In this document: positions 39,050-51,779 of the stretch, in pieces
How positions within the stretch are numbered: the first letter of the stretch is position 1
How the letters are laid out: every line of letters starts with the position of its first letter
NCBI GenBank assembly: GCA_023213395.1
Contig: CM041465.1
Span: 79,863,741-79,927,740 of the forward strand
DNA length: 64,000 nucleotides
Direction of reading: 5' to 3'
Source of the DNA: Cycas panzhihuaensis
Lineage: Eukaryota; Plantae; Cycadophyta
Program-made: the position numbers and the translations under genes
The notes under the pieces: generated by a model
Databases searched by the model: none
What the model saw: only the letters and a program-made list of their open reading frames with translations
What the model was told of the DNA's origin: nothing

Positions 39050-40520
39050 AGATGGCAAAGCAGTGCAAGGGGAAAAATTGAAGACGAAGGAAATCAACAT
39101 TGGGACAGAGGAGCAGCCCCAAATGATCACCTTGGGTGATTACTAGAAGGAGGAAACAATGCAACAAGCTACCTCACTATTCTTACAATACAAGGATGTG
39201 TTTGTCTAGTCATATAAGGATTTAAAAGGCATTTCACCAGAGTTGGGTGAGCACAAAATCGATTTGATAGAAGGAGCTAAACCCATAAGGCAAAGGCCAT
39301 ACCGTATGAATCCAAAGTACAAGGGAAAAGTAAAGTCGAGCTTGATAAGTTATTGGAAGCGGATTATATTTTCGAAGTTGAAAATAGTGAATGGGTAAGT
39401 CCTGTTGTTGTCGTCCCGAAGAAAAATGGGAAGCTCAGAGTTTGTGTCGACTACAGAGCTTTAAACAAAGCCACTAAAAAGGATATGTTTCCAATTCCTT
39501 TCACGGAGGATATTCTGAAAAAAGTGGTAGGACACGATGTGTACTCATTTACTGATGGATTCAACGGGTATAATCAGGTCTGGATCACAGCAGAAGACCA
39601 ATTAAAGACAACCTTCGTCATTGAATGGGGTACATATGCATTAAGAGTAATGCCATTTGGATTAACGAATGTCCCTGCAACATTCCAGAGAGTTATTCTT
39701 AATGTCTTCAGACAAATGATAGGGAAAACAATCAAGATATTTCTGGACGATTGGACACTGTTTACTTTATTAAAAGATCATCTTGGTTGTTTATGTTTGA
39801 TGCTTGAAACATGCAGAAAGAACAATTTATGTTTGAATCTTGCAAAATACACCTTAATGGTGCCATTTGGCACCTTACTGGTGACAAAAAATGGACTGTT
39901 CACAGATTCGAATAAGGTAGCAGTGATTTTAAATTTTCCAGTGCCAAAAACACAAAAGCAGGTTAAATGATTTTTAGGGATGATAGGGTACTATCGAAAG
40001 TTCATAAAAAATTATGCTTAGATAGTTAACCCCCTAGAAATCTTGTTAAAAAAGAAGACTGAATGACAATGGCAGCTACAACAGCAGTTGGCATTTGAAT
40101 TGTTGCAAAAGAAGATAGCTCAAGCACTAATCCTTAGATTTCCAGATTGAGATAAACCCTTTCATTTACATGTAGATGCCTCCTTGTTTACTATTGGGTG
40201 TGTATTAACACAACCAGAAGATGATAAAATTGATCTACCAATCTATTTTGCAAGCGGGAACTATCGGAGGCTGAAAAAAATATTCAGTGATAGAACAAGA
40301 AGGGTTGGGCATCGTATATGCTCTTCAGAAATTCAGACACTATTTACTGGCTAACCCATTTGTTTTTTTTGTAGATCATTAGGCCTTTCAGTATTTAATT
40401 AATAAGCCTATAGTCCAAGGAAGAATTAGCAGGTGGCTCATGTTGTTCCAGGAATTTAGTTTCAAGATCATTGTCAAGAAAGGTGCTAAGCGTACAATTC
40501 CAGACTTATTGTCGAGAGAA
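39050..40520 (+). pseudogene. pol: Gypsy reverse transcriptase and RNase H
   Basis: SEWVSPVVVVPKKNGKLRVCVDYRALNK, TDGFNGYNQV, MPFGLTNVPATFQR, IFLDDW; FHLHVDAS, FRHYLL, GRISRWL. Confidence 0.93.
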
Positions 40521-40666
40521 ATGGAAGAACCATAGGAATAGAATTTTCTTTATGACTTCAAAATATGGATGTAAAAGGTTACAACTCATTAAATAAGAAC
40601 CATAGGAATAGAATTTCCTTTATGACTTCAAAATATGGATGTAAAAGGTTACAACTCATTAAGCAA

Positions 40667-41770
40667 AATGGTTGCAACCTAAGACGTAGAAGGTTGCAAC
40701 CAAGAAGGAAGAACAATTGCAACTCGAGATGCAGAAGGTTGCAACTTATGGAAGAACAATTGTAACCCGGGACGCAGAAGGTTGCAACCAAGAAGCAAGC
40801 TGTTGCAACCTGGATGCAAATGGTTGCAACTGGGACAAGTAGTTGCAACTTGGACACAAGCAGTTATAATTTGGACGCAAGTGGTTGCAACCTGGGGTGC
40901 AAAAGGTTGCAACCAAGAAGCAAGTAGTTGCAACCAGGATGCAAATGGTTGCAACTTGGACACAAGCTGTTGCAATTTGGACGCAAGTGGTTGCAACCTG
41001 GGGTGCAAAAGGTTGCAACCAAGAAGTAAGTAGTTGCAACTTGAACGCAAGTGGTTGCAACCCGAGACGTAGAAGGTTACAACCAAGAAGTAAGCAGTTG
41101 CAACTTGGACGTAAGCAGTTGCAATTTGGACGCAAGTAGTTGCAGCCTAGATGCAAAGTGGTTGCAACTTGGATGCAAGTGGTTGCAACCTGAAACGCAA
41201 AAGGTTGCAACTAAGAAGCTAGCAATTGCAACTTGGACGCAAGGTGGTTGCAATCAGGATGCAAGCAGTTACAACCTGGATGCAAGTGGTTGCAACTTAG
41301 ACGCAAATGGTTGCAACCTGGACGCAGAGTGGTTGCAACTAGGATGCAAGCGGTTGCAACCTAGACGCAAGCAGTTGCAACTTGGACATAAGCGATTGCA
41401 ACTTAGACACAAGTGGTTGCAACCATGACGCAAAGTAATTGCAACAGGGATGCAAGTGGTTACAATTTGGATGCAAGCGGTTGCAACTTGAATGCAAGTG
41501 GTCGCAATTTAGACACAAGTAGTTGCAACCTGGAGACAAGCTGATTGCAACTTGGACATAAACAATTGCAACTTGGACGTAAATCGGTTGCAACTTAGAC
41601 GTCGCAACTTGAAAACAAAAAGTTGCAACCCAAAGCAAGTGTAACTTGGACGCGACTAGCTGCAACTGGAACTTAATTAAAGTGGCAACTAGGGAGGTGA
41701 AATGATTGTGGCTTGGACATGAGAAAGGCAGAAAGGTTGCAACTTAAAAGAAGGTTGCAGTTAAAGAAGT
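40667..41770. repeat. ~21-bp minisatellite array (consensus approx. GGTTGCAACTTGGACGCAAGT)
   Basis: Dozens of imperfect tandem units, each with the palindromic core GTTGCAAC. Preceded by a 68-bp tandem duplication at ~40527-40660. Confidence 0.93.
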
Positions 41771-42399
41771 AAGAAGGTTGTAGTCCAGGATAGAGAAGAC
41801 AACAACCTGGGCTAGAAATTATTACGATTTAAACATAGGTGATTGTATGATCATGGTGGAGTTGCAATGCAGAATGTAGAAAAACCAGGAGCAATCGGAG
41901 CAACCGGGAGAAATGAAGATGCAACTCAGAAGGAATGTAGTCAATTATGATAAAAGGAAAAGCTGTCCTAGATATAATCAAGGCACAATAATGAATAACA
42001 CTCAGAAATATAGAAAAGTGTTATAGAAATTTTTCCACATCAAATTAGGAAAAAGTTAATGGACATTCAATTAATGATGACAGCGATAGATCAATGGAAA
42101 CCGGTGGCAATCCGATTGATGTATGTACCAAGATGATGTTGAATGTAAATATGGCAATAGGTGACCGGCATGCATTGGAGGGAAGAAAAGGTAGTACATT
42201 GAGGTTGCAATTGCGTTATTGCAACCATGATTTCGAGTCATGATAGTTTTGCATGGTCAAGTAGGATACAAGGCCAACAAGGTTGAAGACGAAAACCAGG
42301 GGAGTTTTTGAAAAATTTGCAAAAGATCAAGATGAAGAAGACCGAACAAATTCAGATCAATCTTTGGGAAACAAGCGATGATGGAATTAGGCATGTATG

Positions 42400-43960
42400 G
42401 TGGAATATTCCCAAAGAGGACGAAATGAAAATTAAATTGACAGAGGTGAGATTCGCATAATTCGTGCAAATTGGGTTATTTCAAGTGGCTACAGATTTCA
42501 TGACAGAAATGATTTAACTAGTAGCTCATCAACCCAGTCTTTTGGATGTTTTAGCAAAGGCCATTGTGCAAATTTTAGGATTACCGGATTCAGGTGAAGA
42601 AGTACTCAGAGATAAAAGAATCTCGTGGGAGCAAGCGACAAAGCAGTTGGGTGCACAAATCACAGATGTTTCTACATCTGGCATTCACATCGCTAGCATT
42701 GCGGGTGACTTGACATGCTGGGTGGCCCATTTCCTCGTCACCAGAGCGATATTGAGCCAGAAGAACTGGTTTGTACCCACAGAAATGAGATCAACACTTT
42801 TGCGGGTAGCAAAAGGAGACAAGTTTAATTGGGCATCATTTCTTTTAGGAAGATTTTCAAAAAAATTGATTAACATCAAGGCTAAACCTTAGTCGGTTGT
42901 TTTTTATCATCAAAGCCTATTCCAAGGACTACTATATTCTCAGTGTCCTCAGTTGGAGTTACTTGTGGAAAAGCTAGAACAAGCAGCAATGAGCAGATGG
43001 ATCAATCATTTAAGGGAGAAGGGAGAGATTTGACGATGAGAGATTCAAGAAAAAGTAAAAAAGTTCTTTTTGAAGAAAGCTCAAGCTAGCAACCTTCAAT
43101 CAACGCCAACAAAGGAGAAAAAGGGGAAACAACAACGGGAAGAGGCAACCTCGCCAGCCGAGAAGCAGAAAGAGGAACAGGAACAAAAAGTTAAAGAGGA
43201 GAAGAATAAGAAGGAGGAAATCAAAAAAGGAAAACAGAAAGTAGGTAACATGTCGGTAAAAAAGGAAGCAGAAGAACACCATCCAACCCATCAACTTGAA
43301 AAAATTGTCAATACCGAAGAAGAAAGAAGAAGGAAGAGAAGAGTTGCCATAGAGAAAGCAAAAATAGAAATTTTGGAAATCCTAAATAGTCATCCAGCCG
43401 AGGTGGACTTTGATTACAACAACAAAGAATTGACAGAGGAAGGGATTGGTCCAATGGAGTGTCAGTCACATAATGTGGCGCACTGGAAGATCTCATTCTT
43501 GGTCAAAGTTATTCGGCATATGGTTACTGAGTTAGAAGTCTAGAACAAGAGACCACCACCAGATTTGCAGAGAATCAAAAAAGTAGAAGACCAGTTAGCT
43601 GCCTATGAGGCAAAACTAGATTTCTTGATTAAGTTTATTATGCATTGGGTGGGGGACACTTCTCGCGTGGAGCATCTGGTACTAGTTTTCGACGCCTTGT
43701 TTGATGAGCAGATTCCACCAGGATTGGAGAAGGTAATTCGAAAACTGGGAGCTTGGATAATGTAGATGCGAGAAGATGCCGAGTATGCTAATCACTTCTG
43801 ATCAATGATCAAATCCTTGCGACAGGATCTGTTGTCTGTGGAAACCAGAAAAAGCGACTTGGAAGAGGAGATTGAACAATTGCATTCAGGAAAGAAGCCA
43901 ACAATGGCTCAATTACAGGCACTACACAACGTTGTCATCCTCTGACCATTGTAAGAAGCA
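42400..43960 (+). pseudogene. Extra 3' ORF (env-position) of gypsy element
   Basis: Interrupted reading: ILGLPDSG...KFNWASFLL, then K/E-rich low-complexity and coiled-coil segments, between pol and PPT. Confidence 0.6.
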
Positions 43961-46015
43961 AGGCATAAACCCACCATGTACTGTCTACAAGCCTGATCCA
44001 TAGCGGATTCGTGTAGAAATGGAGAAGATAAAAAAGGACCGAGAAAATTAATCTGTTCATGTACTGTTTGAAATTTTGAAATTTCGATGCTTACAAGTGG
44101 AAACACTTGTAAGTTTTGTGATGGGGGAGATGTGTGCGGCCGTATTAGTTGCAACCTAATTAACATAATTGAACGGTTGCAACCAACTCGAGCTATAGGC
44201 AAATATAAATGTAATAGGAAAATGTTGTAATCTTTGGTTTTTGGATTGTAATTGTTTTGACTGCTATTGCACGAAATGTAGTCGTCCACATTCTGTGCCT
44301 TGCTATATTGGTTCCAACTCCTATATGTACTGTTCCGGGTTGTCTCTGGTTGTGAGAGAACCATAGCAACCTGTCATAATGCAATGGTAATGGTTCTTGT
44401 ACTCATGACATCGTGTCTCTGGATCTTAATGAATAATTGCTATTTCTGTTGTTCTTGTGCTTGCTTCTATATGTGTTGAACGTAGCAGCACATATACATA
44501 CTGTGAACACTATTTATCAGTTGAGTTATTCCATTATTAGACATGTTCAAATTGCATATTGCAGGGATTTGGTTTGCAGGCTTTTGCATTTATTCCACTG
44601 TAGGAAAATAACTCATCTAATGAACATTATAGAGAGTTGAAAAGGATGACTCGTGTTGCAATTTGACACCTACATGCGAAAAGGAATTGTATGAAAGTAC
44701 CATCTGAGAATGACATTGGTCCTTTAGTGATTTACCTTTGGTTGTAAGTGTACCTCCTATTGAGAGACTCTCTTAAGTTATTATTAAGAAGGTGATAGCC
44801 ACTAATAATGAGGATTGTTGAAATTAATATGAAAATGACCTCTAGTGATTGAACTTTAGTTGACATGATTAAACAATGATAAAATGAGAACATTAAAGTT
44901 TGTTTGAGAACCTTTCAAATAAACTGTTTATTAAAAATGAATATTCATAAACAATATTCCAATTTGTATACACTATAGTTTTAAACTTGATGAAATTGAT
45001 TTTTTTTTTTTACGATAAATAACTTGCAACTTTCGACAACGTCCATGGTGAACAAAGGACTGTAAATGTTTATCAGCGTAATCTATCGATTTTTCCATGG
45101 AGAATATGCCCTGAGATGCTATACAATCTTTTATATCCAACGACAGAGCAAGAACAAATTTTCAATAGGCTGTGCAACTTATATACGTCCAATAGGCAAT
45201 GGACAACTAGAGAGATGCCTTTGCTTGAACGCTAGAATAGAGAACAAAGACGCCCAACTTGCACAGATGTTAAATGGAAAGAATCAGGTTCAAATTGCCA
45301 TTAACACATGCAATAAGAAAACCAGGTGACATTCATCATTGAGAAAAAAATCGCCAATAGCTCAAAGGAGGTCGAACGAGGACAAAGGAGACATGCATTT
45401 TTTTGCATGTGCATTTTTGTATGAAATGCCTGGCAATGACTTGTCATTCTAATCACTGGTAGATTGACATATGACTGGTAACAAAAATTTCAAATGAAAA
45501 TCTCCCAAATCAATGAAAAATAGATTTTTGGAAGGGTTTATTTGCTGCCCACACACTTTGGGAGAATATTCGGTGAAAAATATTCTTTAATAAATTATGG
45601 ATAAAGTCTATTAATAATTTTTAAGTGTTTGAATGACATAAAATTGGATTGGGTTTGATTTTGAGCTCTGCGACAAAGCCTGCTAGCCCTTGATCACGTG
45701 GTAATTTAGGAAGCTAGACCCATTACAGGACGATTTGATGTTCATTTTGGACAAATAAATATACTATGGTGTTCGATTTTTTAAGATCTACAATCTGGCA
45801 ATGGTTATACACAGCAATTTTGTACAAATTTCTAGTGAAAAAGTAAAATTTTGTGTTTTCTATGATATTTCTGACTACTTGTGAGTAGACAGAGGTAGCA
45901 AATTCACTCATACCAGCTGCTTCCCTATAGACATAAGACTTTCATAGCTTTCTTACTTTATTTCTGTGCTTGTTTATTTACTTTCTAATTGTTTTTTGTT
46001 TATTTTCTACATAAA

Positions 46016-46681
46016 ATGGTTAGTGGAGGTGGCATAATGGGTAAAATCATTGAAAAATTGATAAGTCTTGAGAATTATACTGTTTGAAATTATCATATGT
46101 TCATTTTTTTTTTCTTTTGAATGATCTCTGAAAGTATATAGACAATTATATAATAGGTAAAGATGTTATAGTAAACATTGCATTTTAAAACAAATTAAAT
46201 ACCATTGTTGATTTTAATATTGAATATCACTTGAAGATGTGAATAACATTTGGTTTTCTCAGCATGTTGATCAATGGAAGTGTCATCTTGCATATTAAGG
46301 GTGTTACTACATCAAAGTAGATATGGGACACAATTGTGAAACTGTTTGAGCATAAGGATGACGCAAGAACCTTGAACCTGCAGAGTCAACTGTATAGCTT
46401 GAAGATGACTAGGAATATGCTATAACACATGATATGTGAGATCAATTCAGGATCAACTGTTGATTATATGTGAGATCATTCGTGATTCAGAGATCATTGC
46501 TTGTATATTGAGAAGTCTACCATCCCAGTATAAGAACTTCACAACCATATTAACTTTGGTGGATAAATTATCCACTCTAACAATTGGTTCTTTGGAATTA
46601 TTGCTTATGGAACATGAGCAAAAGTTGAAGCACATGCAAGCTAAATCATTTTGAGCATTGTCATCTAAATCAAAAGGGAAG
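46016..46681 (+). pseudogene. gag: Copia gag of element 34349-61773 (continues after 51467 into zinc knuckle)
   Basis: IEKLISLENYTV*NYHM..IWDTIVKLFE..LQSQLYSLKM..ILRSLPSQYKNF. Confidence 0.82.
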
Positions 46682-48259
46682 AGTTAAATTTCAACATGGA
46701 AGGCATTCAACTCGAATCATAATCAACGAGATCAATAGACAAAGCATGACTTGTATTAACTCAACATAAGCAATTTACATCAGATACTAATGTATCATAA
46801 ACTCAATATGAGTCCTAATGATAACTTAACATTCATATACTACCTCAACCACCTTTATATACAACATAGGTGGGAGAACATACAAGAAATGGGACACATG
46901 TGGGACAATTACCTTTAACTTAACCAATGACACTTTACCAATCAATTAACTAATAACCTTCTAACTTTCCACACAATATTATTATAAGGTATGATCCCTA
47001 GACCTTAATACTTAGGACTACGACTATTGACTCTAAGACATACTTTACTTAGACACATATACATTAAATATTATATTCTAACACTTCCCCTTAATGTTTA
47101 ATGTCATGATTACAAGTATACTAACTATTATAATACCTACTTCTAAGAACTGACAATATCACTGATATAAATTGACATAGGACTTGACTTTGAAGTGTTG
47201 TTTGAATTTCCACTGCCTGAGTCTTGAAACTTTTCTAAAGATGATGTCATAAGCTTTGTCCTCAACTGAAATGTTGCAAAACCTATATGCGGTGCATGCT
47301 TTGTTATCTCCTGCTTCCTGTTTCATGACTCCTCCTGTGTGTTTCAACTGCAGATGTGATCTCCTTTGAGTTTTGTCTCCTGGATCAAATGAGACAACAT
47401 ACAATTTTAACTCTATGAAGATAAATGAATCTTCCTTGTTCATCTTGAAGTCTGCTAGGACGATCAACTTTTCAAGCTAATGAATACTTCCTTGAATGGA
47501 AAGGACGAACGATGTTTCCTTTCCTAACTCCACCTGTATATGTTTAGAACCCACAAGATACTTTGTTCTTTCCATGTCATCCAAGAAATTCTTTGTGCCA
47601 AGTATGATGAGAATCTCCATTATGGCTACATGCACATATTTCCCAATTATGGTTACACAAAGATGAAACATCACTATAATATGATTGAATCTCATGGTTA
47701 AGTTGCCTACCCAAAACACACAATGATCTTGATGGATAAGTTTTTGAGTATATGATGTACTGGCTATGTTCTTTCTTCCTTTGAATGAGTCTTCTAGAGT
47801 CTTTACAGGGTATGCAATCACGATTTGGATTCTTTCAAAAATGAGAATAACAAAATGCAACTGAGTTTAATGTAACCATAGAGAGTCTTCTGCATGTGCA
47901 AATAGCCATATGCCTAGAAATCATTTGATCCCTGGCAACAAATTTGTCAACACAGATTAAGGTAATGTTGCCCATACTTTCTACCAAAGGTACCTATGTC
48001 TCCATGGTGTACCCCCTATAAAAGCTGCTTACTTTTGGATCTTTAAATCTCCATTCCTAGTGCAGAGTTTCTTATCAACTTGATGAGGCTCAAAGCATTG
48101 ATGAAATCATGTATTTAGATTGCAAATAGTGTTCATCTGTCTTATTTCCAGAAATGGGTTCTTTATCTCCTTTATGAGCGACAGGTGAATCTCTATGAGA
48201 ATTGGTCTTACCAGAATCAATTTGGTTTTCCCTTTTTGTTTTTCTCTTCAACTTTTTTT

Positions 48260-48600
48260 TTAATTCTTTGTCTTCATGATAGTTTTTTGCATTTCTTCAA
48301 GACCCTTTTCACACACTTCATTCAATACGTTCCATGCATCTTTAGCTGAGTCAGTGTTCTGAAGTGTATGGATAAGAAAGTGACATGAAGGAGGGAGGTT
48401 ATCTTTGTCGAAAGTTGCAAGCATCACATCAGTAGCTACTTTGTTTTTTCTTCTAAAATTTTTCTCCCTTTCTTCATTAATCCCTGGAGTGCCATCACAA
48501 ATAGTTCTCCATAACCCTTTAATCTTAAAGACGCATTCCATTTTAATTTTTCAAATTCGAAAATTAACTCCAACATATTTAGGCAAAACTATGTTGGTAT
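48260..48600 (-). pseudogene. gag: Copia gag N-terminal remnant
   Basis: LPKYVGVNFRI*KIKMECVFKIKGLWRTICDG...SAKDAWNVL. Confidence 0.85.
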
Positions 48601-49255
48601 CTGTTACCCAAAATTCTTTTTTCTCTGCTACAAAGGTAATAATTTCATTTAACTCCATATTGTATGGTTGAGTTGTGTAAGAGAACATTATTCAAAATTT
48701 ATGGCTTCATAGCCATGACAAGTCAAATATCTCACATACTTTGCCCTGCTGTCAATTAATGAATCTTTAGCCCAAACCTTACACTTACATGCCCATATAA
48801 ATCTTCTTATATCACCATCATTACCAACAAACAAATTACATTCACTAATCTTAAAGAAATACTCATAAAGGTCTTTTGATGGAATAACACCAAAGGGCAA
48901 TAATCTTTAAAATGAGAAGTTATAAAGGGTTAAAATTGATATATCAAATATCAATACTCTAACATACCAATCATGCCTCAATATCTTAATTGCGATTAAA
49001 GGGGTGAGGTTACCTTGATAATTTTGTTGCGGACCTGACGGCTCGAATGAAATTTAATTAAGTTCCAAATTTGAGTAAATACAAAGGGGCATCCATGTCA
49101 GAACCCTAGGTAAGGCAGTAGCAAGAATTTCGATTGGTTTGCAAGTTGAATTAATCTCCGGGATTGATGGATTGCAAGCTGCTCTTCCTTGATATTGATC
49201 TTATCGAATATATGCAAATCTTCAGTTCCCAGTCCGTGGTTTGTGGCTCTGTCTT

Positions 49256-49462
49256 GTTCATTCCTTCGATGACATTTCTCATGGACTACTCGTCACTGTA
49301 GGTTACAAATCCAAACCCGTAGGATCTACCATTCTCTTGATCAAATATGATCTTGGATCCTAGAACTTCTCCAAAAGGCCTGAAAGCTTGTTCTAGACTT
49401 CTATCATCGGTGGCCCATGCAATCCTGCCAACGAAACATTGATACTCAACTTCAGCTGAAGT
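49256..49462 (-). pseudogene. GRP: Glycine-rich RNA-binding protein (GRP7/GRP8-type) RRM, intron-less fragment
   Basis: TSAEVEYQCFVGRIAWATDDRSLEQAFRPFGEVLGSKIIFDQENGRSYGFGFVTYSDE*SMRNVIEGMN (RNP2 CFVG, RNP1 GFGFVT). Missing from the ORF track because it has no start codon and one stop. Confidence 0.93.
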
Positions 49463-49483
49463 AGGAGAGAAACAGAGAAGAGA

Positions 49484-49783
49484 ATGGACAATGCTATGGC
49501 CATGATAGTGGCTCCCGCTCTCTCAATTCTTACAAGAGGAGGAGGAACAACCAATACAACCCTGCCCAAGATTTGTTCAATGCCAACCACACCAAACCTC
49601 AAGTTTGCAAGCCTTAACCTCAGATGTGCCCGTGTTGGGGGAATGGAAATACCCAATGGTAAAAGAATAGAATATTCACTTCAATACATTCATGGAGTAG
49701 GAAATACCACAGCTCGTCAGATATTATTTGATTTGGGTATGGAGAATAAGGTTACTCGTGACCTGGCTAAAGAGGAACTCATT
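49484..49783 (+). pseudogene. RPS13: Nuclear-encoded plastid 30S ribosomal protein S13, 5' fragment with transit peptide
   Basis: S/T-rich transit-peptide-like N-terminus, then RCARVGGMEIPNGKRIEYSLQYIHGVGNTTARQILFDLGMENKVTRDLAKEELI. Homology stops there. Confidence 0.92.
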
Positions 49784-51779
49784 GAACACCACTATCTCTC
49801 CATATGCAATCTGCTCTTCCGAAGGCTCCACAGACTTTTCATGCAGTCTTTTTGCTGTTGCTTCTTTAGAGATTTCTACTGTTGTGGCTAGTTTGATGAC
49901 AAGAAATTGCTCAACACATTATTCTTCATTCATTCTTTCTTCTGTCAAACCTGGCTAGGATTTCAACGTAAATTTCCTACGAACAAGTGCTTTATATATG
50001 CAAATAGACTCCCTTTTTTTTTGCAATAGGTCTTTTTACAACACTTATAGAAACAAGGGGAGTAGCCAATGAAGGGCTTCTTTCTGAAAATTTTCAACAA
50101 ACCCAGGAGTACAAAATTACCCAATATAAGTTTTATTTTGAATTGTCACTTAACACACCTTACACCATCGATGGTCATAGGACTTCACCTTTACAACTCT
50201 AATTTCAATCTAGCCACCTTCTTCCTTACTGAAAACCTTGATGAATCTGCACAACAACAGTCTTACCTTGCAACCTTCTTATTCGAACACGCAAGTAATA
50301 TCCTCTTTCTTTCATGGCTCAGGTATCTCCTCTATGGTAGAATCTCTTCAATTTAGGGATATCCAACTCTATTTTCACCTATGCTTTATTCATTCTCCAT
50401 GGCACATAACCATCTTCATACAATAGTTAATATAGATAACTATTTGTTGTACACCATGAGCAGTCATGGAAAAATGCAACTGGGAGACTTCTATTCTCTT
50501 GAGGACAGATTTTTGCAAGTTATTTCCCTTCTTCTATGAGCAGACGACAATTTTTACACAATTGTTTTCTCTTCTCTTTTTGAGCAAATAATCAACAACC
50601 ATTAGTCACAACCCTTGAAGAATCAATATTTCACTCAACACTACTGATTCAGAAAACACTTTCATCACTAGTTTTGGATTTCAAGGTTGATTTTTCATCA
50701 CCCCTTTGAATTTCCAATACAAACCCTATGGGCAGAAATGTGGCCTTATCTCTCACATTCAAGACAACAATCAACAATTTCTTCACGTCATCTTTCATGA
50801 AACCCCTGTTTCATGCTCTTTTCCTTGTAACAAAAAATGGAGGAGCAGGATTACTTGGGATAGGCTCTGCGTTGAATTACTAGTGGCACACCTTTGAGCA
50901 GCAATGGACCTTGAACTTCTCCCCTACAACTCAATCTTCAACCCGGTAAACGACTTAACAGAGTCTTCTCCTTCCTTACTGGAAACTTGACTAATTTGCA
51001 CACAATGCCCTTAACTTGCAACCTGCAGTTACACAAATATGGAACTCTACTCTGATACCATGTTAAATTTCAACATAGAAGGCATTCAATTCTAATCATA
51101 ATCAACAAGATCAATAGACAAAACATGATTTGTATTAACTCAATATAAATAGTTTACATCAGACACTAATGTATTATAGACTCAACATGATTCCCAATGA
51201 TGACTTGACATTTATATAGTACCTCAACCACCTTTATATACAACATATGTGGGGGAACAGACAAGAGATGGGACACATGTGGGACAATTACCTTTAACTT
51301 AACAAATGACACTTTACCAACCAATTAACTAATAACCTTCTAACTTTCCACACAATATTATTATAAGATATGACTCTTAGACCTTAATACTTAGGACTGT
51401 GACTATTGACTCTAAGATATATTTTACTTAGACACATATACATTAAACATTATATTCTAATAGGAAGAAGTCCTTTGTTCCAAAGAAAAATATGCCTTAT
51501 GATTCCACAGTTCAAAAGGACAAACCAAGAGCTTCAAAGGGACAATATATGTTGAAGTGTTATTATTTATGGGAAGTTGGGTCACATAAAAAAGGACTGT
51601 TAGGAGTGGTAGTGACAATACCATTCACAGCAACAACATTAACCCCAACAACGGAAGCAAGAACAACAACAACAACAATGGTCACCTGAGCAACGTGGTC
51701 TGTTCCAGATGTAATAAATAAAACACCTACTGAGATTACAAAATGATTATTTGTTGCAGCATACAAAATGGGTTCTAAT

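Larger units (their letters stand above)
35123..44494 (+). mobile_element. Ty3/gypsy non-chromovirus (Athila/Phygy-like) LTR retrotransposon lacking recognisable integrase
   Basis: LTRs 35123-35587 and 44131-44494. Perfect TSD TACAT/TACAT. PBS TGGTTCCGTTGCCG. PPT GATGGGGGAGA. Confidence 0.93.
46682..51462 (-). mobile_element. Non-autonomous (gag-only) Ty1/copia element carrying captured GRP and RPS13 mRNA fragments
   Basis: 402-bp LTRs 46682-47083 and 51061-51462. Perfect TSD GGAAG/GGAAG. PBS rc ACTCTGATACCA 51049-51060. PPT rc CTTCCCCTT at 47084. Confidence 0.93.

Noticed and set aside
40565-41665. Many overlapping Cys/Gln/Val-rich ORFs and a CRISPR-like look
   Set aside because: Artefacts of a 21-bp tandem repeat. 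There are no unique spacers or cas genes, and the context is a eukaryotic retrotransposon.
47159-47860. ORFs of 102 and 127 aa as novel proteins
   Set aside because: Consistent with heavily degenerate internal sequence of the non-autonomous Copia (ends in an RNase H-like tail). No host domain recognised.
48688-48900. 70-aa ORF upstream of gag as a further captured gene (considered NAC-like)
   Set aside because: No convincing motif match. Left unassigned.
49484-49891. Functional RPS13 gene or organellar DNA insertion
   Set aside because: Homology ends at KEELI (C-terminal half missing). The transit-peptide-like leader indicates a nuclear gene donor, and the fragment lies inside an LTR element.
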